A stretch of 63,615 nucleotides of DNA, filler included, from Reclinomonas americana ATCC 50394 (GCA_048213135.1; 4 parts of 3 records of this genome joined end to end with filler, not necessarily neighbours in it); one strand, 5' to 3'; shown: positions 32,606 to 44,907, counted from the first letter of the whole stretch. Notes: generated from the sequence alone by a model not told the origin. Numbers and translations are program-made.

Positions 32606-34617
32606 TTATCGGCCGTATTTCTGCAGCGTGGGCGGAGAGGTGAGTGGAGTGACGGCGAAGAGAGAGGAGAGGAGCGCCAGCGAGAAAAGAGAGGAGCGAC
32701 AGCGAGGATAGGAAAGGAGCGACAGCGAGGAGAGAGGATACAGCGAGGAGAGAAGAGCGACAGCGAGGAGAGAGGAGCGACAGCACGAGGAGAGAGGAGC
32801 GACAGCACGAGGAGAGGAGCGACAGGAGAGGAGAGAGGAGCGACAGCGAGGAGAGAGGAGGAGCGACAGCGAAGAGAGAGAGGAGCGACAGCGAGGAGAG
32901 AGGAGCGACAGCGAAGAGAGAGGAGCCACAGCGAGGAGAGAGGAGCGACAGCGAGGAGAGAGAGGAGCGACAGCGTGAGGAGAGGAGTGATAGCGAGGGG
33001 AGAGAGGAGCGACAGCGAGGAGAGGAGCGACAGCGCGAGGAGAGGAGCGACAGCGCGAGGAGAGGAGCGACAGCGCGAGGAGAGGAGCGACAGCGCGAGG
33101 AGAGGAGCGACAGCGCGAGGAGAGGAGCGACAGCGCGAGGAGAAGAGTGACAGCGCGAGGAGAGGAGCGACAGCGCGAGGAGAGAGGAGCGACAGCGAGG
33201 AGAGAGGAGCGACAGCGAGGAGAGAGGAGCGACAGCGAGGAGAGAGGAGCGACAGCGAGGAGAGAGGAGCGACAGCGAGGAGAGAGGAGCGACAGAGAGG
33301 AGAGAGGAGCGATGGCGAAAACGAGAGGGCCACAGAGAGGAGAGACAGAGAACTGCTGACTGGTTCGTACCTGGAACTCCCATTCTGTTTGACCGGCAAC
33401 ACAGCAGATGAAACTAGTGAGTGACATGGACAAGGAGAGCACAGCTACCAAGATCGAGAACACACCGCTGCAGCAAGAAAAGAAAGCATGGGTGAGCAAC
33501 AAAATAGGAGTGCAGCAAGTCGACAAGCGAGACTCACCGCTGTCCGACGGAAGCATGACAAAGAGGAGCATCAATAGCGAAACGCGTCAGGATACAAACA
33601 AATAGCACACACTCTCTACATGCAGAAATCACAAACCGTGCCTGCGAAAGCACGCGAGTGAGTACGGTGGCACGAAAGTGATGAGGAAAGTTCAGTGGGA
33701 CGCAACAGAGTGGGCACACATGCCGTGTCTTCAACCAGCGACTGCACATAGCGGGAGTGAGAGACACGGAGAGTGAGAAGTGCATCGAATCCACTCGCAT
33801 TCACCTGATGCAATGGAAATGGAACGCTGCGGGGAAGCGAAGGGTGGGCGACAGAGCACAGCTTGAAAAGGTAACACACAAGATGCGACAAACCATGATT
33901 GCAAACTCCCCACGCCACGGTGCAGTCCTCACTTGTTGCTGACTGCTGGTTCGCCTGGCATTCGATGCACAGGTCTGCGTACGGCAGGTGAGTGAAGGAG
34001 AAAAAGGGAGAGCAAAGGAAGTAATCAAACAAAGAGATCAGACTGAGAGGGAGAGAAAGGGAGTGTGCGTGATAGAAACGAGAGGAAGCGATTGCAGTCA
34101 AAGTGACCTGGCGTGCGTCTCTTACCCCTTCAACCGCAAGGAGAGAGACACGGAGAGATGAGAGTGAGAGAGAGAGAAAGGGAGTGTGCGTGACAGAAAC
34201 GAGGTTGAACACGACGAAAGACTGAGGAAGAGGAAGCGAGTGCAGTCGAAGAGACCTGGCATTCCCTTCTTTCGCCTTCGCTCTTCTCGCCAACAAGGCA
34301 AAAGCTGATGACTCAAAGAGAGAGAAGAAGGGAGTGCACGTGACAGAAACAAGGTTGAACACGACGAAAGACTGAGGAAGAGGAAGCGAGTGCAGTCGAA
34401 GAGACCTGGTATTCCCTTCTTTCGCCTTCGCTCTTCTCGCCAACAAGGCAAAGCTGATACCTCAGAGAGAGAAGAACGCGACAGAAACAAGGTTGAACAC
34501 GACGAAAGACAGGAAGAAAGCGATGACAGACATTGCGATCTCCGAAGCTCAACAAGGACCTGGCATTCTCTTCTTTGTCAACCCTGTAACACACTGACAG
34601 TCACAGCAGAAGCAGCA

Positions 34618-34660
<43 letters not shown>

Positions 34661-35024
34661 CAGTTGTCATTCATCACTTCTGCGCCTTCCCACACTTGCA
34701 GGGAGACACACGAGCTGCATTCCACAGCGCGTAAGTGTGAGAGAGTGAGAGAGAGAGAGAGAGAGAGATGAAGAATTCATCATTCATCTCTTCTGCGCTT
34801 TCCCACACATATAGGGAGACACATGAGCTGCATTCCGCAGCGCTTGAGTGAGTGAAAGAGAGAGGGAGTGAGAGAGTGAGAGAGGACAGACAGAGAGAGT
34901 AAGAGAAGGCCATCCTATCTCTTTCCTTCCCATTCCGTCTCTCTCCCCCCTCACACGCACACACACACACACACATACACACACATCGACTCTCTCTCTC
35001 TCTCNNNNNNNNNNNNNNNNNNNN

Positions 35025-35122
<98 letters not shown>

Positions 35123-35475
35123 CTCTCAACTCTCACACATACGGACAACAGCTCAATCTCCACTCTCACAATCTTCCCACACACTCACCCATAATGTGAT
35201 TCCGGCAAATAGCACATGTATCCACCTGCACAATACACACAAAGAAAGAGAGAGCGCGCGCGTGAGAGAGCGAGGACAACAAAAGTCGCGAAATGGCCGC
35301 ACACACAACTTGACAACAAACTCTCACTCTCTCACACACACACGTGCACACACCAAGACAGACACACACACAGAGAGAGAAGCACAAAGAGCGCGAAACA
35401 AACACACGCACAAAAAGTCTCATTGCACAAAAATACACAACGCGCGTAAACAGACCTCACACACAAAGAGAGAGA

Positions 35476-35511
<36 letters not shown>

Positions 35512-35810
35512 AGCAGACAAACACACACACACACACTCGCACAGAGAGACAAGACTCGCAAATGCACTTTCATCAAAGTCACTCTTCTCTCACACACCTC
35601 TCTCTCACACACANNNNNNNNNNNNNNNNNNNNCTTCCCCCTCCCTCTCTCTCTCTCTCTCTTGTGTGCGTGTGTGTGTATGTGCCTGACCTGAATATCC
35701 CAGGCCCACAAGGCGACCGCGTTCCACTTTTTGACCTCGAATCGCTTCACAGGTGCCGATGAGGAGCCTGACGCGGAGCCGGCAGCAGCAGATCCAGCAG
35801 CAGCGGACAT
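32606..35810 (-). CDS. RBX1: RING-box protein 1 (cullin-RING ligase subunit) with micro-exons
   Basis: [86 protein letters not shown]. Confidence 0.95.
32660..33312. repeat. Intronic ~20-bp minisatellite (gaggagaggagcgacagc)
   Basis: About 30 [16 protein letters not shown] copies inside the last RBX1 intron. Confidence 0.9.
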
Positions 35811-36779
35811 GGAGTATAAGTATAGGAGATAGTGTGCAAGGCTTCCCGCTTGTGAAGAAAGACGGATGGAAATGCCTGTGTCCTGCGTGTGTGGAATTGC
35901 AAGTTCGCGGACAACAGGTTGTGAAGCAAGCGCAGCTGTGAAACGGTGTGGGTATATAGCAGGAGTAGCGGGCTAGACTAGTAGGCGAGCAGAACCGCGC
36001 GCGGGCGTGGGTATGGGGCGACGATGTATTTTTGACATTACACAAGCGGAACAGGTTGTTTTTGAACAAGGAGCAGCTGAGAAACGGCAAGGCCTCGCAA
36101 CAAGAAGTGGGGACTGTTGGTGCATGCGAACTGAACCGCGCGCGGGCATGGGTATGGGGCGACGATGTACACAAGCTGCCACAAGGAAAACAGGTTGTTT
36201 TGGAAGCAGGTGCAGCTGTGAAACGGTGTGGGTGAGCCCATAGAGAAGGGTGCAAGTCGAGAATGCGAACGCAACCGCGGGCTTGGTCTCTGAGAGTGTG
36301 GTGCGACGTCATATATATGTATTTTGACTTTACACAAGAAAAATCAGCACAACAATATGGAAGCCGCTGCAGCTGTAAAACGGTGTGGGTTTGCAACAAG
36401 AGGTGGTAACATGCATGTCGAGCATGCAAAGAGAACTGCGCATGCATGCGCGTGGACTTCAATGTGGTGTTGAGTTAGATGTTTTCGAAACTGCGGTGTT
36501 TGGAAGACAACAGATTGCTTTCAAAGTTTCTGCAGCCGTGAACTGGTGAGGGGCTGCAATGAGCGAGAGCACAAGTCGAGTATGCAGCCAGAACTCGGCT
36601 TGGCATTGCCCGTCACAAGATCCGATCGACAAGCAACGGTGCGTCGACAACAGCAACAAGAACACGATGTTCAGCAACAAACCAGCACCAGCAGCTATCT
36701 TGACCACGATTGACGGTCGTTGCCTGTCTCTCTTCTCGTCGACATCTCCCTGGACTGTGACCATCACTCCGCCGACACT

Positions 36780-39700
36780 TCACTCATCCCTCTCCTCCCG
36801 CTGGAACAGCAGCGTCAACATCGCGCCCGACAAGCGCAGCTTCAGCAAGCAGTCGCAGATCAGGTACAGCACCACCTGCACACAATCAACAGTCAGCATC
36901 CCCCACACCTTCTCCTCTCCTCTCCCCTTCTCCCCCTCACAAACCTCGGTGGAAAAATCGACCACTCGCCACCCCTCGTGCCCGAGCATCCACACCACGC
37001 CAAATGCGTTGCACAGCACGGCAAAGTGCACAAAGAGCGACCACGACGAGGGACGCAGCATGCGGTACACCAGATACAGCGTCACGCTGAGTGCGCCAAA
37101 ACTCATGGCCAGCCATCCGACCTTGAGGCTCATCGTCGGGGCGATCTGTGCACGCAAGAGTGAATGGCGAGTGTGACTCACACAAGTCCACTCTCTCTCT
37201 CTCTCTATCGTACCTCTCCCAGGTAGCCCAGATACGCCATCGTCCACGCGGACACGGTGCCGAGGGCCACCGCACGCATCTGTCACACGTGTTGGAAAAA
37301 GGAGTCGCACATTTGCCTGCTTCTTCTTCTCCTTCCTCTTTCCTTGTTCTCATTCGTCTCTTCATTCTCGCTCCTCTTCGAGGAGGTGGACAAGATGAAG
37401 AAGAAGAAAAAAGAAGGAGGAGAGAAGCAAGAAGAGGAACAAGAAAGTTGACGAGCAGGAGGAGGAGAACAACAAGAGGAACTAGAACGAGGAGAGGAAG
37501 TAGAGTGAGAACAAGGAAAGACGACAAGGAGGAGAAGAAGAAGTAATAAAAGAAGAAGAGAAGCAAGATCCTCCTTCCCCTTNNNNNNNNNNNNNNNNNN
37601 NNAAGTAATAAAAGAAGAAGAGAAGCAAGATCCTCCCTCCGCCTCTCCACTTTCTACTCCACTTCCTACACTTCATCCTTCTTGCTTCTCTTTTTCATCT
37701 TTTACTTCTTCTTCAACTTGTCCCCTTCTCCTTCTATTCCCCCTGTTCCCATTCTTCTTCCTCTCTTCCTTCTCATCCTCTTCCTAATCTTCATCTTTCT
37801 TGCTTCTCTCCTTCTTCTTTTACTTCTTCTTCATCTTGTCCCTCTTCTTCCCTGACCCGGTTCTACTTGGTTCTCTTTACTTCTTTCACTTCTTCATCAT
37901 CTTGTCCACCTCCTCCTCCTTCTCTTCCCCCTTCGTCCGTGTCCCCCATCTTCTGCCTCTCCTCTTTCTAGTCCTCTTTCTTGTTCCCCTTCTTGCATCT
38001 CCGCCTCCTCTTTCTCCTCCTATTTCTTATTCCTCTCCTTGCTTCTCCTCCTTTTCTTGCACCCCTCCTTCTCCCCCACTTCCTCTTCATCCCCCATCCG
38101 CACCTTGTCACCCCTGCTCGCCACCACCTCCGTGGTCAGCGCAAACGCGGTGAGAATACAGGGAAACGCCGTCGAGTACTCGACGTAGCGCGCCACCGAG
38201 TGCGGAAACGCATTCATGTACACGGAGAGGTAGCAAATGGCGGCGGCGGCGCACATGCCCGACAGGCACAGACAGGCCTGCAAGAAGGAGGTGAGTGAGA
38301 TGGTGATGATCGCTCTCTTGTCACTCTGACACCTACGGAAAGGCAACTTCTCATCTTCTTCTCAGCGAAGCGAGAAAAGAGAGACATTGACAGAAAGCGA
38401 GAGCCAGAGAAAGACTCAAAAGAGGTGAGAGGAACTGGCACATATTGCCTGTCTCCCTTGTGCAGCAGCGCGACAACAAAGCCCTCACTCCACCCACTAA
38501 TCATAATTTCTGCATTGCTTCCCAGCCCTTCGCTCTCGCCAGCAGTGCTTCATGGCTCCCCGTTTTCATTCCCTCTCTTGCATTCTCAAACAACATGGCT
38601 TCCCAGTCCTGTGCTCTCGCCAGCAGTGTCTCATGGCTCCCTTTCATTCCCTCTCTCTGTCCTTTGCTCCCAGTCTCTCTTACATTCTCGAACAGCACGG
38701 CTTCCCAGCCCTTCGCTCTTGCCAGCAGTGTTTCATCGCTCCCCGTTCTCATTCCCTCTCTTGCATTCTCAAACAGCACGGCTACTCAGCCCTTTGCTCT
38801 CGCCAGCAGTGTTTCACGGCTCCCTCTCATTCCCCCTCTCTCTCTCAGTCCTCTGCTTCCAGTCTCTCTTGCATTCTGAAACAGCATGGCTTCCCAGCCC
38901 TTCGCTCTCGCCAGCAGTGTTTCACGGCTCCCTCTCATTCCCCCTCTCTCTCTCAGTCCTCTGCTTCCAGTCTCTCTTGCATTCTCAAACAGCATGGCTT
39001 CCCAGTCTCTCTTGCATTCTCAAACAGCACGGCTTCCCAGCCGTTCGCTCTCGCCAGCAGCTTTTCATGGCTCCCTCTCATTCCCTCTCTCATTCCCTCT
39101 CTCAGTCCTCTGCTCCCAGTCTCTCTTGCATTCTCGAACAACATGGCTTCCCAGCTGCAGCCCTTTGCTCTCGCCAGCAGTGTTTCATGGCTCCCCGTTC
39201 TCATTCCCTCTCTTGCATTCTCGAACAGCATGGCTTCCCAGCTCATCGCTCTCAGTGTTTCATGGCTCCCCGTTCTCATTCCCTCTCCCTGTTCTCTGCC
39301 CCCAATCTCTCTTGCATTCTCAAACAGCACGGCTTCCCAGCCCTTTGCTCTCGCCAGTTACCTCTTTCCAGTCTCACTGTCTCTCTGACTCCAGAAGCTT
39401 GAAACAGCAATCTCACCTTTCTTCTTGTTTTCAGCACCAACGAACCCCTTTGATCTCGCTCTCTCCTCTTCACCCTCATTCTCGTACAACACGAAGTCTT
39501 TCACTGCTCCTGTCTCCCACTCTCTCTCTCTCTCTCTCTCCCCAACGTCTTATCCAATGCAATCACTCTCCCCCTTTCCCCTTTCCCCCTCTCCCCNNNN
39601 NNNNNNNNNNNNNNNNNNNNNNNNNNNNNNNNNNNNNNNNNNNNNNNNNNNNNNNNNNNNNNNNNNCTCCCTTCCCCTTTCCCCTTCCCTCCCTCCCCCC

Positions 39701-39930
39701 CTCCCCCCCCCCCCCCTTCTCCCATTCCCCCTTCCACCACTCCTCACCAATCGACGAGCATTCCACGTTCTCTTCGCGGCGGCATTGTAGGCGGGCGGTG
39801 GCGGAGGCCACAGCGCGGCAAACACCAGCAGCATGCTGGCGCCTGTCATGACGGCGAGTCCCGCCAGCTGCGAGCGCTCTTCTGTGCTGGCCAGGGTGAC
39901 AATGGAGCGGAGGTCGTCGACGACTGACAT
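36780..39930 (-). CDS. Divergent type-1 (microbial) rhodopsin, ~239 aa, 5 exons
   Basis: Exons 39930-39748, 38277-38104, 37279-37214, 37145-36945 and 36875-36780. Helix C ARYVEYSTAFPCIL, helix D MAYLGYLGE, helix F VLCNAFGVVWMLGHEG, helix G TEVVLYLICDCLLK with the DxxxK Schiff-base lysine. Confidence 0.8.
38505..39360. repeat. Intronic composite tandem repeat in rhodopsin intron 1
   Basis: ttgcattctcaaacagca.ggcttcccagcccttcgctctcgccagcagtgtttca recurs about 9-10 times. Confidence 0.85.
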
Positions 39931-40180
39931 GTTGCTGTGTGTGTGTGTGTGTGTGTGCGTGAGTAAGAGAGAGAGAGAAGATTCGATGGATGTTCGGATT
40001 GATTGGTTCATTCACATATTCGAAGTGGAGGGAGAGAGGGAGAGGGGAGAGAGAGTGGGTGGAGAGTGAACGTTAGTGCACAGTCAGTACAAGACTCGCC
40101 AGCGGCAGTGACACAAGCGCAAGCGCGCAACTAATAACCTATTGAGAGGTCACGTTTCATGTATATCCATGCGGATGGCG

Positions 40181-40285
<105 letters not shown>

Positions 40286-40689
40286 NNNNNNNNNNNNNNN
40301 NNNNNTGAATGAATTGTTGTTGTTGTACTCCAAGACCCGTCCTCTCTCTTACGCACATGCACATTCTAACTCCCTCTCACTCTCTCTCTCTCTCTCTTCC
40401 TCTCTCTCTTCCTCTCTCTCTTCCTCTCTCTCACTCGCCAATCAAAATTGCAAGCAAGACTTCAACCTTCATCGCTCTTGCTTTGCAATTGTCCCCTTCT
40501 CTCATCCGGAGCCTCTGGATCCACACAACAATCCGCCGATTCGATGACAGTGTTCGCGTCCACAGGTGCCCACAGACAAACACACAAGCCACACAACTTG
40601 AACACCAGCTGCAGTTGCAAGAAATTTCGAACTTACCGTTCTGAACATACCGTTTGTTTTCTTTTGTTTCACTCGAGAGAACACACAAC

Positions 40690-43600
40690 ATGAGCAAAGC
40701 GGAAACGCACGCACGTGAGGGGATCAGCGCCGCTCAAAGGGAGAGGCTCGAAAGAGCATTCATGGAGAACCCGCACCCCGACAAGTGAGTGAGAGCGGGT
40801 AGCTATAGTGCGCATGCTGCGCGCGCGCAGCGTGTGACGTGCACTCTCGCGATCGATCTCGTTGCTCATCTTCCCTGGCGCCGGCTTACAGGGAGGTGTT
40901 GCAACAACTTGCTAACGAGTTGGGGCGCTCCCTCAAGTCGACAACGCTTTGGTTCACGACTCGACGCAAACGGTGATCATGAGATCACCCTTGATGCATT
41001 TTTTTGAAGATTGGTCACTGACGGCACGTGGATCCGCCAGCGGACCACGAAAGGAGGGTGCCCACGACTGGTTCGACGCCGAGCAAAAGAAATGCCTCGA
41101 GCTTTCTTATGCGAAGAATCGTTATCCCACGCGGTGTGTGTGACCGTTGCATGTCCTGCTGTCCTTCCTTCTGACGCTCGTCCCGCTGCAGTGACGAAGT
41201 GCAGAAGTTGGTTGACGAAGTGGGGCGCTCAGAGAAAACTATTCGCACATGGTTCAGCTCTCAACGTTTCCGGTGAGTTGCTCGTCTCTCTCGCTTCACG
41301 ACTTTCAAATATTGCTCACGATATCGGTTCGACATGTCGACAGTGACGGTTGCACGCGTGCCCGCGTGCCCTTTTCCGACGAAGAAATTAAACGATTGGA
41401 GGAGGCGTACCAGCAAAGCGAGTCCGTGCTGAGCGCGTGAGTGTCTGTTCGTGTACATGTTCAATTAGTGTCACTCTCGTTGTTAATAATTACGATTGTA
41501 TCTGGATGTAGGACTCTAAGGAAGGAGCTGAGTGACGAACTGGGTCGCACCGAGCATTCTGTCGGCTCCTGGTACAAGAACAAACGCAAATTGGAACGGT
41601 ACGCTTACATCTCGTTGCCTCTCTTGATCTTCTGCACTGTTGATTTCATCAATGACTATTCAATAGTGCCGGATCCGGAGTAGCTTCATCAGCGGCGTCA
41701 GCGTCGGCGCCGGCGAGCGAGTCGCGTCTTTGGTTGCCGTACTCCGACGAGGAGAAAGAGCGCTTGGAGCGAGTGTTCATCGACAATGACCGCCTTCTCC
41801 CACCCAGGCATGTTCGACAAGTCGCTCTTCCAGCTGTTTTGTGCCACCCTTTTCCACTGACTTCTTTTGTAGTGATGTTCTGCAGAAGCTAGCGGCTGAG
41901 TATAAGCGTACACCGCGTGCCATCCAAAACTGGTACAAACGATTTAGCCGGTGAGTGGACGTCCGTTGCCTTCCTGCTCAGCTTACTGCTTACTAACTCT
42001 GATATCAATTTATAGTGAACAAGCGCTAGCAGCCGCACCATCAGCGCCGCAGTGTGTCTCCGGAAAGTTCACCGCCGACGAAATTGCATTATTGGAAAGG
42101 GTTTTCGTGCGATATCGCCAGTACCCGACAAGGTGACTAATACTGGCCTGCGCCATGGCCAGTCATTCGCGTACCGGTACCAATCCATGCACTGATGCCC
42201 ATCTTTGTTCGAACACAGGCCAGTTGTGCATAGTTTGGCTACGCGGTTTCGACGCACCGTAAGCAGTCTAAAACAATGGTTTACTCGCCGCCGTCACCGG
42301 TATGTAGACGTCTGTACATGTCTCTCATGCACGTGCTTTTTTTGAGCCATGTATGTGTCTGCAGTGCTGCAGCAGGACTTCGATGTCGAACTACAAGCCA
42401 ACGTCAATCGCAACGAAAGCTGCTGCAGCAGGCACTCGTAGACAATCCGAATCCGAACAGGCTTGTACTTTGCTGTACCCGCATTTTATTGTGCATCTTT
42501 TACTCAGCTCACATTTCGGACTCTGCAGGAAAACGGTGCAAAAACTGTCTCAGAAACTGACTGCCGTACCGAGCGAAGTTGAGCGCTGGCTTAAAAAAAA
42601 ATCGGGGTGCCGAACGGTTTGTCTATTGGTTGCGAAATGGCGTGGCTGCTGATTGATCACTGACCGATTGAATTTGAGCAGTGCATGTGATGGGGACGGA
42701 TCGGGATCGGGATCGGGATCGGGAACAGCAGCTGAAGCGCCGTTGGTGTCCGCACGAGCGGCTGAAGCGCCAGCGAAGGAAGCACCAGCAAAGGTACCGG
42801 TGACGAAGAAGCCGTATTCGACATCCGAGCTGGAACAATTGGAGGAGGTGTTTCGTGTTTCCAAGAATCCAAGCGGGTCTGTATGTTTCCTCGATATTCT
42901 CTTAATGCAATCTGCGCTCATCGTCGGCTACGAACACAGCGAGGTGCGGGAGCAATTGGCGAAAAGCATGGATCGGACAAGGCGCGCCATCGACACGTGG
43001 TATGTTCGCAGACGCAAACGGTTTGTCTGGTTATTCGTTTTTTGTCTTTGCTGCTGATTGGTATTGATCACTGATTGCACACGTTGGGCAGTGATCGCGA
43101 CGGACCTGCGCTTGCGCCAGCTGCAGGTGCCCGCAAACTGGTAGGTATACCGTTCACCGAGAGTGAAAAGGAGCAGCTCGAAAAAGTGTTCGTGCACAAC
43201 CCCATGCCAAATAGGTACAGTAATACTGGTTGTCCGCTTACTGTTTCTTATATTTGTACTAATGTCCGGCAACAGTGATGTCCAGCTGCAGCTGGCTCGC
43301 GATATGGAGCGGCCTGTGGATGCGATTAATGGCTGGTTCCTGCGCAGGCGTCTGCGTGATCGGTACTGCTCGTCTCCCTCGCTGTGCTGCTGCTGATTTA
43401 TCACTGATTTCGATTACAGTTTGAATGGTGATGGTGCTGATGGCGCTGGTCCAGCGAACGAGGCGGGTCACAGGAGGCGGCTTACCGAACCGGAAAAGGA
43501 ACGACTTGGAGAGGTGTTCGCCGTCAACCAGTATCCCGACTTGTGCGTCAGCTGTTTGCATTCTTGTTTGTTTTCGTGTCGTCCTCCGTGCTCACGATAA

Positions 43601-44641
43601 TTTCCACTCTTAACTTTACACAGCACGGTCCTAAGGCAACTGGCTGCCGAGTTGGGCCTGCCAGCCAGCCGTCTCCAAAACTGGTTCAAAAAGCGCCGGA
43701 CGTTGCATCTGTGCCGATGCGGAGAATCTCTGCATCCACTATACGGATACCCTGCCTCGCCGAGACGCCGCGAATGCTGTTCCGCGTGCAAATTGCCCGG
43801 CATGGAATATTTGGGTCCCAGTCCATGCCAGTGTCGGAGCGCACGTGCCGATTACGGCAATCTTGGCCAAGATCCCACTTGTTGCATCCAATGCCGGAAG
43901 CGGAGGATGGTACTGCTTCGCCACCCGTATTGCGAGTCCGAGCATCACACTCCAGGGCCTGTATTTCACACACTCGTCCAGAAGTGGGGAGACAGTTGTG
44001 GCGTTTGCAAGGCCTGGGGGACTGGATTTGTGCCGCCGTCCTACGGATCTAAAGAGACTGTAGTCGTGCAGTATCTGCACGAACAGGGCTTTGAGTGGAA
44101 ATCGTGGAACCAGCTTGTGCAAGGCAACGTTTGCTACCGGTATCGCCCCGACCTCTATTTTGAGCTGGAGAACGGCACTGGATGCATTGTCGAGGTTCGG
44201 TGGTAGCGCATCAGAACTGCCCGCGTACGGCGTACAGTTGCTCATAACCTTTGTGCATGCCGAACACAGGTCGATGAGTTCGAACACGACTACACGCACA
44301 ACCCTCTGAAGGCCGGCGCCTATGAACCTGCTTGCGAGGCCTCTCGCATGCTGAACATTTGGTTCACGCTCGGCTGCGCCCCACTTTCTTTTATCAGATT
44401 CAACCCAGATGGGTGCACGCCGGCCGAATACCAAGAGCGTCTGCAGTCACTGGCCGACGTTTTGCGGCACACTCTGGAGAATCAACAGATTGCGGACGAC
44501 GCCGAGGACGACATTGCGAACAGGATTTCGGTTCGAGTCGTTTATATCGGCTACACAGCCGGGCGGGAGCGGGAGTGCGTGGCAGCAGTGGAGGAGGCGC
44601 GACAGATGGCCGATGATCAGCTTTTCGGCGGACGACAGTGA
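40690..44641 (+). CDS. Nine-homeodomain protein fused to EsV-1-7-like Cys-rich repeats and a PD-(D/E)XK/Vsr-like endonuclease (19 exons)
   Basis: Nine units of F/Y-x-x-E-x-x-x-LE-x-x-F...P | ...LA...WF/WY-x-x-RR joined by phase-2 introns. These run into CRCGESLHPLYGYP..CCSACKLPGM and then RYRPDLYFEL..IVE|VDEFEH..CEASRM..FIRFNPD. Stop at 44639-44641. Confidence 0.8.
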
Positions 44642-44827
44642 GTGTCGCCGCGGTATTTCCCCCGCCACGGCCGGCGTCAGTGGCTGGCACATGTACAGAC
44701 AATGATGCGAAGTGAACAATCTGCGTTTGAGTTAACCCAAGTTTCGGATTGCCCTCCCGCAAGGCAAACCAGCAACAACGATTTCATTGCGAGCTGAGGT
44801 GCAAAGACCCAGGAATCTTCTCTTTCT

Positions 44828-44907
<80 letters not shown>

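Noticed and set aside
34660-34850. Duplicated ~65-bp segment in an RBX1 intron as a possible snoRNA
   Set aside because: A TGATGA-like word is present in one copy only, with no clear D box or terminal stem.
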